A stretch of 64,000 bases of DNA, taken from contig JAHCJW010000003.1 in NCBI GenBank assembly GCA_026126125.1, positions 4,288 through 68,287 on the forward strand, in the 5' to 3' direction. Below are positions 55,842 through 64,000 of the stretch, piece after piece. Positions within the stretch are counted from its first letter, which is position 1. Each line of letters starts with the position of its first letter. The notes under the pieces were generated by a model. The model was not told the origin of the DNA. It saw nothing but the letters and a program-made list of their open reading frames with translations, and made no database searches. This stretch comes from Devosia sp. Lineage in GTDB: Bacteria > Pseudomonadota > Alphaproteobacteria > Rhizobiales > Devosiaceae. The position numbers were made by a program, and so were the translations under genes.

Positions 55842-56725
55842 AGCTTGCCCTCCCCGGCATGGACGAGGCGGGTCCAGCGATTGAGCATGCCACCGGTTCT
55901 GAGGCGCGGATTGGCGATTTCGTCGATGGCGAAATTGATCAAGGCGAGGCTGAGCCCAAGCAGCGCCAGAGCCAGGCAGGGCGAGAGCAGATCCCACCAG
56001 GCGCCGACCGACAGGGCCGAGGCGTTCTGCGCATTATAGAGCATGATGCCCCACGAGACGGTGTTGGGATCGCCCAGGCCGAGGAATTCGAGGGTGGCCT
56101 CGGCGATGACGGCGAAGATGACGCTGCCGATGAAATTGATGCCGACGATGGAGATGAGATTGGGGAAGATCTCGAAGGCCATGATGCGCCAGCTCGGCTC
56201 GCCCAGCATTTCGGCGGATTTGACATAGTCGCGCTGGCGGATGGAGAGCGTTTCCGAGCGGGTGACGCGTACGCCCCAGGCCCAGGAGGTGAGCCCGAGA
56301 ATGATGGCGATGACCAGGGGGCTCGCCTGGCCGATAAAGGCGGCGAGCACCAGGAGCAGCGGCAGATTGGGAATGACCAGCACCATATTGGTGAAGAAGT
56401 TGATCACTTCGTCGATCCAGCCGCCCTTGTAGCCGGCGATGATGCCCAGAATAGTGCCGATGACGGTGATCAGCAGCCCGGCGCCGAAGCCGACGGCGAG
56501 CGAGACGCGGGCGCCGTGGATGAGGCGGGAGAAGACGTCGTGGCCAAGGCGCGTGGTGCCCAGCCAGTGCTCCCAGGAGGGGGGCTGGTGGGGGCGGCCG
56601 ACGCGACGCACCGGGCTATATTCGGTCAAGAGCGGGGCGAAAATGGCGATGAGCACGATCAGCGTCAGGATGGTGAGGCCGACCAGGGCTTTCTTGTTGT
56701 GCAGAAGCTGGCGGATGAGGGGCAT
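55838..56725 (-). CDS. ABC transporter permease (OppC/DppC type)
   Basis: 295 aa polytopic protein with HWLGTTRLGHDVFSRLIHG. Confidence 0.9.
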   Translation of the reverse strand: MPLIRQLLHNKKALVGLTILTLIVLIAIFAPLLTEYSPVRRVGRPHQPPSWEHWLGTTRLGHDVFSRLIHGARVSLAVGFGAGLLITVIGTILGIIAGYKGGWIDEVINFFTNMVLVIPNLPLLLVLAAFIGQASPLVIAIILGLTSWAWGVRVTRSETLSIRQRDYVKSAEMLGEPSWRIMAFEIFPNLISIVGINFIGSVIFAVIAEATLEFLGLGDPNTVSWGIMLYNAQNASALSVGAWWDLLSPCLALALLGLSLALINFAIDEIANPRLRTGGMLNRWTRLVHAGEGKL

Positions 56726-56728
56726 GGC

Positions 56729-57706
56729 TCAGGCCTTCTTGAGGCGCGGATCGAGCAGGACATAGCTCAGATCGACGACGAAATTGGAGACGAGCATGGC
56801 GGCGGTCATGATCAGGAGCTGGCCCTGAATGACCGGATAGTCGCGCGCGAGAATGGCCTGATAGAGCGTGTTGCCCAGGCCCGGATAGTTGAACACCACC
56901 TCGATGATCAGCGAGCCGGAGAGGATGGTGCCGATGGCGATGGCCAGGCTCGAGACGGTGGGCAGGAGGGCGTTGCGGGCGGCATACCAGAGCATGACGT
57001 TTTTGTCGGAGAGCCCCTTGGCGCGGCCCATGACGATATAGTCTTCGCCCAAAAGGTTGATCATGTTGTTGCGCATGGTGACGGCGAAGCCGCCCGAGAG
57101 CGCGATGACCAGGGTCAGGAGCGGCAGGGTGCCGTGATAGAGGACGCTGCGGATGTAGTCCCAAGTGAAGCCGGGGTCGAGCATCGGGTCGGCGGCATAG
57201 CCATTGGGGAACCAGCGCAAAGTGTAGCCGAAGACGAACAGCACGATCAGCGAGATGACCACGGCGGGCACGGAGCTCGAAAAGATCGCCGAGAGCGAGA
57301 CGATGGAATCAAAGCGCGTGCCGCGGCGCCAGGCGGCCATGACGCCCATGAAGGTGCCGAGCGTGAAGCTCAACAGCGTGGCGATGCCGACAAGGCCGAG
57401 GGTCCACACCAGCGCCCGGCCGAGCAGTTCGGTGACCGGGAGGGGGAAATATTTGATCGAGCGGCCCAGATCGCCGGTGAAGACGCTTTTGAGATAGGAG
57501 AAATACTGCTCGTGCAACGGCGCGTCGATAAAGCCGAAGGTGAGCTTGAGCGCGTTGAGATTTTCAAGCGACAGCTCGGAGCCGGCGCTGGCGAACATGA
57601 TCTGGATCGGATCGCCCGGCATGATGCGCGGCAGGAAGAAATTGATGGTGGCGGCGGCAAGGAAGGCCGCGAGATAGAAGGCCAGGCGGCGCAAAAGGAA
57701 GGCCAT
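56729..57706 (-). CDS. ABC transporter permease (OppB/DppB type)
   Basis: 325 aa polytopic protein with YIVMGRAKGLSDKNVMLWYAARNA. Confidence 0.9.
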   Translation of the reverse strand: MAFLLRRLAFYLAAFLAAATINFFLPRIMPGDPIQIMFASAGSELSLENLNALKLTFGFIDAPLHEQYFSYLKSVFTGDLGRSIKYFPLPVTELLGRALVWTLGLVGIATLLSFTLGTFMGVMAAWRRGTRFDSIVSLSAIFSSSVPAVVISLIVLFVFGYTLRWFPNGYAADPMLDPGFTWDYIRSVLYHGTLPLLTLVIALSGGFAVTMRNNMINLLGEDYIVMGRAKGLSDKNVMLWYAARNALLPTVSSLAIAIGTILSGSLIIEVVFNYPGLGNTLYQAILARDYPVIQGQLLIMTAAMLVSNFVVDLSYVLLDPRLKKA

Positions 57707-57766
57707 CGGTAAGTGTTCCTTTCGTTATGAGCCGGCTACGGCAAAATCTCGACCCATCCACCGGGA

Positions 57767-57796
57767 GCCACCCTCCCCGCAAAGGGGGAGGGTGGC
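57767..57796 (-). promoter_or_regulatory. Intercistronic 12-bp GC stem-loop between the binding-protein and permease genes
   Basis: gccaccctcccc (57767-57778) pairs with ggggagggtggc (57785-57796) around a 6-nt loop, with no T-tract. Confidence 0.5.
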
Positions 57797-57811
57797 GGTA
57801 CGGCGTTCGCC

Positions 57812-59470
57812 TTACTTGGCGACCGGCTCGAGATCGAGCAGCTGCAGGAGGCGGGCCGGATTGGCGTTGGAGACGACGGGCGAGAACTTGGGGTTCTCGG
57901 CGTCGGCCCAGCCGGTGAAGCGGCTGGTGTTGTATTCATAGAAGGACGGGCTGTTATAGACCGGGATGATCGGCATGGCTTCGGCCACGATCATCTGGAG
58001 CTTGTCCATCAACGCCTTCTGTTCGGCCGGATCCTTGACCTGGGTATATTGCTTGAGAAGGGCCGAGACTTCCTCGTTCGACCAGTGCGGCGCGGTGAAG
58101 CGGGACTTGCCGAAATCGTCCGGATTGAACGAACGGATATAGGGGAAGTAGGGGTTCGCCGCCGAAGCGAGGGCGTTGAGCGTCATCGAATAGTCGCCGG
58201 CGATGAGGCCAGCCGTCCACACGGCGGCTTCAGGGGTCGACATCTTGACGTTGATGCCGGCTTCGGTGAGCGATTCCATCGAGATCTGCACCGCATCGAT
58301 CCAGTCGGTCCAGCCATTGGGAACCATGATGTCGATGGCGATGGGGGTGCCATCGGGATTGTCGCGGAAGCCGTCGCCATTGGCGTCGACATAGCCGGCC
58401 TCGTCGAGCAGAGCCACGCCGGCGTCGAAATCGAAGCTGCCATATTGACCGAACTGCGCCTTGACTTCGGGATTGGCGAAGGCGGCGTAGAGCTGGCCCA
58501 GGGCCGCCGGGTCGTCATTGACCAGCGGATAGCCATAGCCGGCGATGTCGACGATGGTCTGCCGATCGATCAGCATGGAGAGGGCGCGGCGGAAGTTGAC
58601 GTCGGTGAACGCCTTGCGGTTGTTCTCGTCCGGCGTGATCATGCTCACCTGGAACGAGACCAGGCTCGAAGGGGTGAACCAGTATTTGTGGTGCTCGGGG
58701 TCCTTGGCGACGAAGGTGTTGTCGATGTCGGGGATGAAGCTCGTCGCCCAATCGAGCGTGCCTTCGGCCAGAGCGGCGAGAACCTGCGGGTTGTCGGCGA
58801 GTTGGGGCATGCGCAGGCAATCGACGGCGAGGTTTTCCGCGTCCCAGTAATGGGGGTTGCGGCACTGCTCATAGACCTGCGGAGTGAAGCGGGTGATCTC
58901 GGTCATCGGGCCGGAGCCGACCGGGTTTTCGTTGGCAAAGGTCACCGGGTCTTCGATGCCTTCCCAGATGTGCTGGGGCACGATGGGCATGCCGACGATG
59001 GTGTTGGCGATCAGCGAATTGGGCGTCAGGAGATTGAAGCGCACGGTGCGCTCATCGACCTTCTCGACCGATTCAAGCTGGGCCGAGACGGAGATGAAGT
59101 CGAGCGCGGGGAACTTCTTGATGTAGTCATAGGTGAAGACGACATCGTCGGCGGTCAGCGCTTCGCCGTCGGACCACATGAGATTTTCGCGCAGCACGAA
59201 GGTGATCGACTTGAGGTCGTCAGCCAGTTCGTAGCTTTCGGCCAGGCGGAAATGCGGGGTGTTGCCCTGCAGGCGGTTGAACACCACCAGCGGCTCATAC
59301 ATGAAGTCGAGCGTGGTATAGCGCGCCGAAGTCTGCCCGAAGGGGTTGAAATTGCGCACGAAAGTGGTGGTCTGTTCGGAAGCCAGCGTCAGCACGTTCT
59401 GGGCGCTGGCGGGGACCGCCATGGCCAGAACGGCGGCGGAAGCGGCCGCAAAAAGCGAAATCTTGGTCAC
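57812..59470 (-). CDS. ABC transporter substrate-binding protein, family 5 (peptide/oligosaccharide type)
   Basis: 552 aa with a signal peptide (MTKISLFAAASAAVLAMAVPASA) and the family-5 segment SITFVLRENLMWSDGEALTADDV. Confidence 0.9.
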   Translation of the reverse strand: MTKISLFAAASAAVLAMAVPASAQNVLTLASEQTTTFVRNFNPFGQTSARYTTLDFMYEPLVVFNRLQGNTPHFRLAESYELADDLKSITFVLRENLMWSDGEALTADDVVFTYDYIKKFPALDFISVSAQLESVEKVDERTVRFNLLTPNSLIANTIVGMPIVPQHIWEGIEDPVTFANENPVGSGPMTEITRFTPQVYEQCRNPHYWDAENLAVDCLRMPQLADNPQVLAALAEGTLDWATSFIPDIDNTFVAKDPEHHKYWFTPSSLVSFQVSMITPDENNRKAFTDVNFRRALSMLIDRQTIVDIAGYGYPLVNDDPAALGQLYAAFANPEVKAQFGQYGSFDFDAGVALLDEAGYVDANGDGFRDNPDGTPIAIDIMVPNGWTDWIDAVQISMESLTEAGINVKMSTPEAAVWTAGLIAGDYSMTLNALASAANPYFPYIRSFNPDDFGKSRFTAPHWSNEEVSALLKQYTQVKDPAEQKALMDKLQMIVAEAMPIIPVYNSPSFYEYNTSRFTGWADAENPKFSPVVSNANPARLLQLLDLEPVAK

Positions 59471-59500
59471 TGCTGTTTCTCCTATTGTTGACGGCGCCGC

Positions 59501-60526
59501 TCAGGCGATGCCGTTCTCCCTGAAAATCTGCTCCACTTCGGAGTGGAGGGCCTGCACGTCCACCCGCGCCTGGCCTAGCCTGGCCTCGGCGCGCGCGATG
59601 CGGTTGAGACTTTGCGCGCCCAGCGGACGGGCGGCTTTGGCGGCCGCCGTGCTGGCGGCCAGATCACCCTGGCTATGAAGGGCGATATCGTATCCCGCAT
59701 CAAGTGCGGCGGTGACGCGCTCGGACCAGGAGCCGGACAGGGCATCCATGGTGAGGCAGTCGGTGATCAGCACGCCGTCATAGTCCAGCGTGGAGCGAAT
59801 GAGCGCGCAGACCTTGGGCGAGATGGAGGCGGGAAGCTCGGGATCGATCTGGGTGAAGATCAGATGCGCGACCATGGCCCAGGGCGTGTCCTTGAGGGCG
59901 ATGAAGGGCAGGAAATCGGTGTCCAGCATGTCTTCGACCGAAGCGCGCACCACCGGCAGGTCGTGGTGGGGGTCGACATCGACACGGCCATAGCCGGGGA
60001 TGTGCTTCATGATCGGCATGGAGCCGACCTCGAGCATGGCATCGATGACGACGCGGCCGAGTTCGGCCACGAGCTCGGGGTCGGAGCCGAAGGTGCGCGA
60101 GGAGATGATGTCATGGGTGCCCGGACGGGCGAGATCGACGACCGGCGTGGTGCCGCTGCCCAGGCGCAGCTCGGACAGCATCGAGCCCATGGCCAGGGTG
60201 GACTGGCGCAGGGCGTGTTTGGCCAGCTCCCGGTCCTTTTTGGCCAGGACGCCGAAATTGCCGATCGGGCGGAACAAGGGCCAATTGCCATTGTCGAGGC
60301 GCTGCACGCGCCCGCCCTCCTGATCGATATAGACCGGCGCGTCGGCGCGACCGACCGCGTCCTTGAACTGGCCGACGAGGCGCTTGATCTGTTCGGGATT
60401 GTCGAGATTGCGCTTGAACAGGAAGAGGCCGAAGGGATTGGCCTCGCGGAAAAACGCGATCTCATCGGCCGACAGTTCGTAACCCGGCATGCCGACGAAA
60501 AGAGCGAGCGGCGGGGTGGAGGTCAT
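59501..60526 (-). CDS. nagZ: Beta-N-acetylhexosaminidase (GH3)
   Basis: I trimmed the 60904 ORF to ATG 60526. It has the GH3/NagZ motifs YIDQEGGRVQRL and KHIPGYGRVDVDPHHDLP. Confidence 0.9.
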   Translation of the reverse strand: MTSTPPLALFVGMPGYELSADEIAFFREANPFGLFLFKRNLDNPEQIKRLVGQFKDAVGRADAPVYIDQEGGRVQRLDNGNWPLFRPIGNFGVLAKKDRELAKHALRQSTLAMGSMLSELRLGSGTTPVVDLARPGTHDIISSRTFGSDPELVAELGRVVIDAMLEVGSMPIMKHIPGYGRVDVDPHHDLPVVRASVEDMLDTDFLPFIALKDTPWAMVAHLIFTQIDPELPASISPKVCALIRSTLDYDGVLITDCLTMDALSGSWSERVTAALDAGYDIALHSQGDLAASTAAAKAARPLGAQSLNRIARAEARLGQARVDVQALHSEVEQIFRENGIA

Positions 60527-60528
60527 GG

Positions 60529-61020
60529 TCAGTGTCCTGTTTCCGGCCTGGGCGCGAGGCGCAGCAGGCCCTGGTAGATGTCTTCCTTGTCGGACGGGAT
60601 CGGCATGGCGCCGGCGGCATTGACATAGAAGTCGACCGGGCCGGCCGAGCCGACAATGGCATAGGCGTAGCCCTGGGCCTTGAGGGCGACGAGGGCGTGA
60701 TAGAACAGGGCCAGTCCGATGCCTTTGCCGCGCTGATCCTCGGAAACGCCGGTGGGGCCGAAAAAGCCGCGCGCCGTCGCATCGTAGCAGGCAAAGCCGA
60801 CCAATTGGCCATCGACGGTGGCGATGAGGCAGCCGGGCGGCTGATGGGCCATGGCGGCGCTGACTTCGCTCACCCAATATTCGGAGAAATGGGCGCGCAC
60901 CCAATCCTTGATGAGGTGCTGCTCGGGCGGCAGGGCGACGCGAATGGTCGCCTCGACGCCGCGAGCGCGCTGGCCAAGGTCTTCAAGCTTGCGGCTATAG
61001 AGATTGACCAGGAGATCCAT
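60529..61020 (-). CDS. GNAT-family N-acetyltransferase
   Basis: 163 aa with VSEDQRGKGIGLALFYHALVALKAQGY as the Q/RxxGxG/A acetyl-CoA motif. It is wedged between murQ (4-nt gap) and nagZ (2-nt gap). Confidence 0.75.
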   Translation of the reverse strand: MDLLVNLYSRKLEDLGQRARGVEATIRVALPPEQHLIKDWVRAHFSEYWVSEVSAAMAHQPPGCLIATVDGQLVGFACYDATARGFFGPTGVSEDQRGKGIGLALFYHALVALKAQGYAYAIVGSAGPVDFYVNAAGAMPIPSDKEDIYQGLLRLAPRPETGH

Positions 61021-61024
61021 CGGT

Positions 61025-61957
61025 TCAGCTCGCTATGCGGGGGTGATCGGCGGCGGCGCGGCGCAGGAAGCCATCGGCGTCGGCCAGGGCAGCCTGGGCG
61101 GCGGCGGCGTCCATGCCGGTAAGGGCCATGAGAATGGCGAGCTTGACGTTGTTGCCGGCCTCAACGAGATAACGCTCGGCATCGTCGGCGGAGCAGCCGG
61201 CCACCTCGACCAGAATGCGGGTGGCGCGGGCGGCGAGCTTGGCGTTGCTTACCGACAGATCCACCATGAGATTTTCATAGCTCTTGCCGATGCGGATCAT
61301 GCTGGCGGTGGTGAGCATGTTGAGCACCAGCTTTTGCGCCGTGCCGGATTTGAGGCGGGTGGAGCCGGTGAGGGCTTCGGGGCCCACCACCGGGGAAATC
61401 GCGATCTTGGCGATGTCGGCTATGGCCGAGATGGGGTTGCAGGACAGGGCCACGGTGGTGGCGCCGATCTGGTTGGCGTATTCCAGCCCGCCGATGACAT
61501 AGGGGGTGCGGCCGCTGACGGCGATGCCGACCGCGACGTCGCGGGCGGAGAGATTGATCGCCTGCAGGTCCTTGCGGCCTTCGTCGCGATCATCCTCGGC
61601 CCCTTCGATCGGGTGGCGCAGCGCCCGGTCGCCGCCGGCGATCAGCCCGACCACCATGGTTTCGGGCACGCCGAAGGTCGGCGGGCACTCGGAGGCATCG
61701 AGCACGCCCAGGCGCCCCGAGGTGCCGGCGCCGAAATAGATCAGCCGGCCGCCATTGCGGAAGGCCTCGACGATGCAATCGACCGCCTTGGCGATCTCGG
61801 GCAACACCGCCTCGACGGCCCCGGCCACCCTGGCGTCCTCGGCGTTCATGGCGGCGAGAATCTCGGCGCTCGACATGAGGTCGATCCCGATCGTATCGGG
61901 ATTGCGGGCTTCCGAGACCAGGCTCTTCAGTTCGGCGATCAGGGTGCTCTTTGCCAT
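61025..61957 (-). CDS. murQ: N-acetylmuramic acid 6-phosphate etherase
   Basis: I trimmed the 62188 ORF to ATG 61957. It has the SIS-domain/MurQ signature [28 protein letters not shown] and the segment [12 protein letters not shown]. Confidence 0.9.
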   Translation of the reverse strand: MAKSTLIAELKSLVSEARNPDTIGIDLMSSAEILAAMNAEDARVAGAVEAVLPEIAKAVDCIVEAFRNGGRLIYFGAGTSGRLGVLDASECPPTFGVPETMVVGLIAGGDRALRHPIEGAEDDRDEGRKDLQAINLSARDVAVGIAVSGRTPYVIGGLEYANQIGATTVALSCNPISAIADIAKIAISPVVGPEALTGSTRLKSGTAQKLVLNMLTTASMIRIGKSYENLMVDLSVSNAKLAARATRILVEVAGCSADDAERYLVEAGNNVKLAILMALTGMDAAAAQAALADADGFLRRAAADHPRIAS

Positions 61958-61990
61958 CGTGCCATCACTCTTCGAAACTGTGCCGATGCT

Positions 61991-62007
61991 ATGAATGAAT
62001 ATTCCAT
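61991..62007. promoter_or_regulatory. Candidate MurR/RpiR operator half-site cluster A (ATGAATGAATATTCCAT)
   Basis: It lies in the murQ-murR divergent region and shares the GAATATTCCA core with the sites at 62022-62037 and 63116-63132. Confidence 0.35.
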
Positions 62008-62021
62008 GTGTCAACGAAACT

Positions 62022-62037
62022 TGGAATATTGTATTCC
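62022..62037. promoter_or_regulatory. Candidate MurR/RpiR operator B (TGGAAT-ATTGT-ATTCC)
   Basis: It is an inverted repeat, GGAAT-N5-ATTCC, in the murQ-murR divergent region. Confidence 0.35.
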
Positions 62038-62207
62038 GAAATGAACAGGGATGTGTGTAGAGTGGCGGCGTTCTTCCGGGTCGCGGTGGCGCGGCAGGCG
62101 GCATGACGGCGGACGAATAGGGGCGCATATGCGCCGCTGCGGCGGTGGGGTGGGGGAAGAGAGCCACCCGGACGCAGGGTCGGTGCAAAGCATATCAGGG
62201 AGCCAGC

Positions 62208-63056
62208 ATGTCCGTTCTCAAACTTCTCGAGGCGCAAAAGGCGGGGATGACGCTGGCGGATCGGCAGATCGCCGAATTCATCCTCGACGATCCCGGACGC
62301 ATGCTGGAATTGTCGTCGGCGGCGCTGGCCGAAGCCACCGGGCGCAGCCAGTCGAGCGTGGTCAAATTCAGCCAGAAACTGGGCTATGCCGGCTATCAGC
62401 AGCTCAAGCTGGCCGTCAACAAGGCCAAGGCGCTGGAATGGCACGCGCCGGGCGGGGTCATCCACGGCACCATCGATGCCAGCGACAGCTATGTCACGAT
62501 CCTCCAGAAGCTGATCGGCAGCAAGCTGCTGTCGATGCGCGAGACGTCCTCGGCCAATAATGAGGAGGCCGTCGACGCGGCGCTGGCCAAGCTGTCCTCG
62601 GCGCGCAAGGTGCTCCTGGCGGGCGTCGGGGCGTCGTCGCTGGTGGCGGCGGACTTTTCCTACAAGCTGTTGAAGCTCGGGCGCACCGTGCTGCTCAATT
62701 CCGACAGCCATATCCAGATTTCCAACGCGTCTGCGCTCGATGAGAGCGACGCGCTGATGGCGCTGTCGCATTCGGGACGGAGCGTGGAAACGGTGCGCAT
62801 CGCCGAACTGGCCAAGCGCCGCGGCGCCACGGTGATCTCGGTGACCGGCATGCAGACCAATCCGCTGGCGGAGCTGGCCGATATCAGGCTGTTCACCGTC
62901 GCTGACGAGGATCGGGTGCGCTCCTCGGCGATCACGGCCCGCGACGCGCAGCTGATGCTGATGGACATGCTGTTCATCATGCTGCTGCGCTATCAGACCG
63001 ACGCCAATGACTTCATCCATGACAGCGAGAGTGCGGTGACGGTGTTCAAGGTGTGA
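62208..63056 (+). CDS. murR: MurR/RpiR-family transcriptional regulator (HTH + SIS domain)
   Basis: I trimmed the 62145 ORF to ATG 62208, after CAGGGAG. It has the RpiR-type HTH LADRQIAEFILDDPGRMLELSSAALAEATGRSQSSVVKFSQKLGYAGYQQLK, followed by a SIS domain. It is divergent from murQ. Confidence 0.85.
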   Translation: MSVLKLLEAQKAGMTLADRQIAEFILDDPGRMLELSSAALAEATGRSQSSVVKFSQKLGYAGYQQLKLAVNKAKALEWHAPGGVIHGTIDASDSYVTILQKLIGSKLLSMRETSSANNEEAVDAALAKLSSARKVLLAGVGASSLVAADFSYKLLKLGRTVLLNSDSHIQISNASALDESDALMALSHSGRSVETVRIAELAKRRGATVISVTGMQTNPLAELADIRLFTVADEDRVRSSAITARDAQLMLMDMLFIMLLRYQTDANDFIHDSESAVTVFKV

Positions 63057-63115
63057 GTGCCCGAGCAAGCGGCGTTGTGAGTTTGTAATATTCTATTCTT
63101 GACACTTTCGTCATT

Positions 63116-63132
63116 TGGAATTCAATATTCCA
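63116..63132. promoter_or_regulatory. Candidate MurR/RpiR operator C (TGGAAT-TCAAT-ATTCCA) in the promoter region of the downstream ATPase gene
   Basis: It has perfect 6-bp arms, TGGAAT/ATTCCA. A TTGACA hexamer lies at 63099-63104, 11 nt upstream. Confidence 0.35.
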
Positions 63133-63166
63133 TCTAACGGGGCCCTCTGAGGGGAGAGGTCCTAAA

Positions 63167-64000
63167 ATGGACGACCGCGACAATGCGGGCGACCGAGGAG
63201 GCAAATTGGCTCAACTCTCACTCCGCGGCATCAAGAAGCGCTTCCGGGAAGTCGATGTGCTGCACGGGATCGACCTCGATATCGGGGATCGGGAATTCGT
63301 GGTGTTTGTCGGGCCGTCGGGGTGTGGCAAGTCCACCTTGCTGCGGCTGATCGCCGGGCTCGATCCGATCACCGAGGGTGAGTTCTTCCTCAACGGCCAG
63401 AAGATGAATACGGTGCCGCCCTCGCGGCGCGGCATCGCCATGGTGTTCCAGTCCTACGCGCTCTACCCGCATATGGATGTCTATGAGAACATGGCGTTCG
63501 GCGCCCGGCTGATGGGGCTGACCAAGGATGAGGTCGAGGCGCGGATCGCCGAAGCGGCGCGCATGTTGCGGCTCGAGCCGCTGCTGAAGCGCAAGCCGCG
63601 CGAGTTGTCGGGCGGGCAGCGCCAGCGCGTCGCCATCGGCCGGGCGCTGGTGCGCAAGCCGGCGGTGTTTCTGCTCGACGAGCCGCTCTCCAATCTCGAC
63701 GCGGCATTGCGCTCGGAAGTGCGGCTGGAAATCGCCAAGCTGCACCGCGATATCGGCGGTACGATGATCTATGTCACCCACGACCAGGTCGAGGCGATGA
63801 CGCTGGCCGACAAGATCGTGGTGATGAATGCAGGGCGGATCGAGCAGGTGGGCAGCCCCCGCGAGCTTTACGAAACGCCGGACAATACCTTTGTCGCCAC
63901 CTTTATCGGCTCGCCGCGCATGACGCTGATCGAGGTCGAAAAGCAGGGCGAAACGCTGGCCATGGCCGGTGGCGGGGCGGTGACGCTGGGCACATTGCCC
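63167..64000 (+). CDS. Sugar/glycerol-3-phosphate-type ABC transporter ATP-binding protein (UgpC/MalK family; partial, runs off the window)
   Basis: Absent from the ORF track because there is no stop in the window. It has [37 protein letters not shown] and [15 protein letters not shown]. The start is ATG 63167 (SD GGAGAGG) or the in-frame TTG 63206 (SD GAGGAGG). Confidence 0.85.
   Translation, partial: MDDRDNAGDRGGKLAQLSLRGIKKRFREVDVLHGIDLDIGDREFVVFVGPSGCGKSTLLRLIAGLDPITEGEFFLNGQKMNTVPPSRRGIAMVFQSYALYPHMDVYENMAFGARLMGLTKDEVEARIAEAARMLRLEPLLKRKPRELSGGQRQRVAIGRALVRKPAVFLLDEPLSNLDAALRSEVRLEIAKLHRDIGGTMIYVTHDQVEAMTLADKIVVMNAGRIEQVGSPRELYETPDNTFVATFIGSPRMTLIEVEKQGETLAMAGGGAVTLGTLP

Noticed and set aside
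1-64000. Mobile elements, prophage, defence systems, CRISPR arrays, tRNA, rRNA or tmRNA genes.
   Set aside because: I found no integrase, transposase, recombinase, Cas, restriction-modification, toxin-antitoxin or phage structural signatures in any frame. I saw no tRNA-like T-arm sequences. The only repeats are the REP/MITE-like intergenic elements and the intragenic autotransporter array.

Overview
Visibly GC-rich window (third codon positions almost all G/C) that looks like core chromosome or chromid of an alphaproteobacterium. I infer Hyphomicrobiales, possibly Devosia-like, from gene content and repeat types only. I call 56 protein-coding genes, two of them cut by the window edges. I found no rRNA, tRNA, CRISPR, transposase, integrase or phage genes.

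Gene blocks, left to right:
1. 1-11.2 kb: a SoxY-SoxZ fusion, an IorAB-like Mo hydroxylase, XdhC, MoaA, SoxXA, flavocytochrome c sulfide dehydrogenase, a trihaem cytochrome c and MocA.
2. 11.3-23 kb: an isolated flgE, a divergent LuxR response regulator and MASE1-type histidine kinase, a 2132-aa glycine-repeat autotransporter, and IalB.
3. 23-30 kb: azlCD, maeB, tctCBA.
4. 29.7-30.8 kb: a repeat-dense intergenic region with a 209-bp tandem repeat.
5. 30.8-36 kb: a hydroxyproline-type catabolic operon with a GntR regulator.
6. 36.3-42.1 kb: an XRE-cupin regulator plus a Dpp/Opp-type ABC importer.
7. 42.2-45.8 kb: a translationally coupled panB-coaX-coaBC-panC operon with a structured leader.
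8. 46.1-64 kb: two Dpp/Opp-type ABC importers interleaved with anmK, a beta-lactamase-fold hydrolase, nagZ, murQ, two GNAT genes and murR, then a UgpC/MalK-like ATPase.

The most interesting candidates:
- The cell-wall (anhydromuropeptide/MurNAc) salvage supercluster built around ABC importers.
- The pan/coa operon leader, which contains mutually exclusive pairings.
- The fused SoxYZ carrier next to a Mo hydroxylase.
- The giant AQSIGGGGG-repeat autotransporter.
- Two families of dispersed or tandem intergenic repeats.

All functional calls come from motif and family recognition by eye; no database search was run. Many long ORFs in the track are antisense artefacts of the GC-rich sequence and are rejected.
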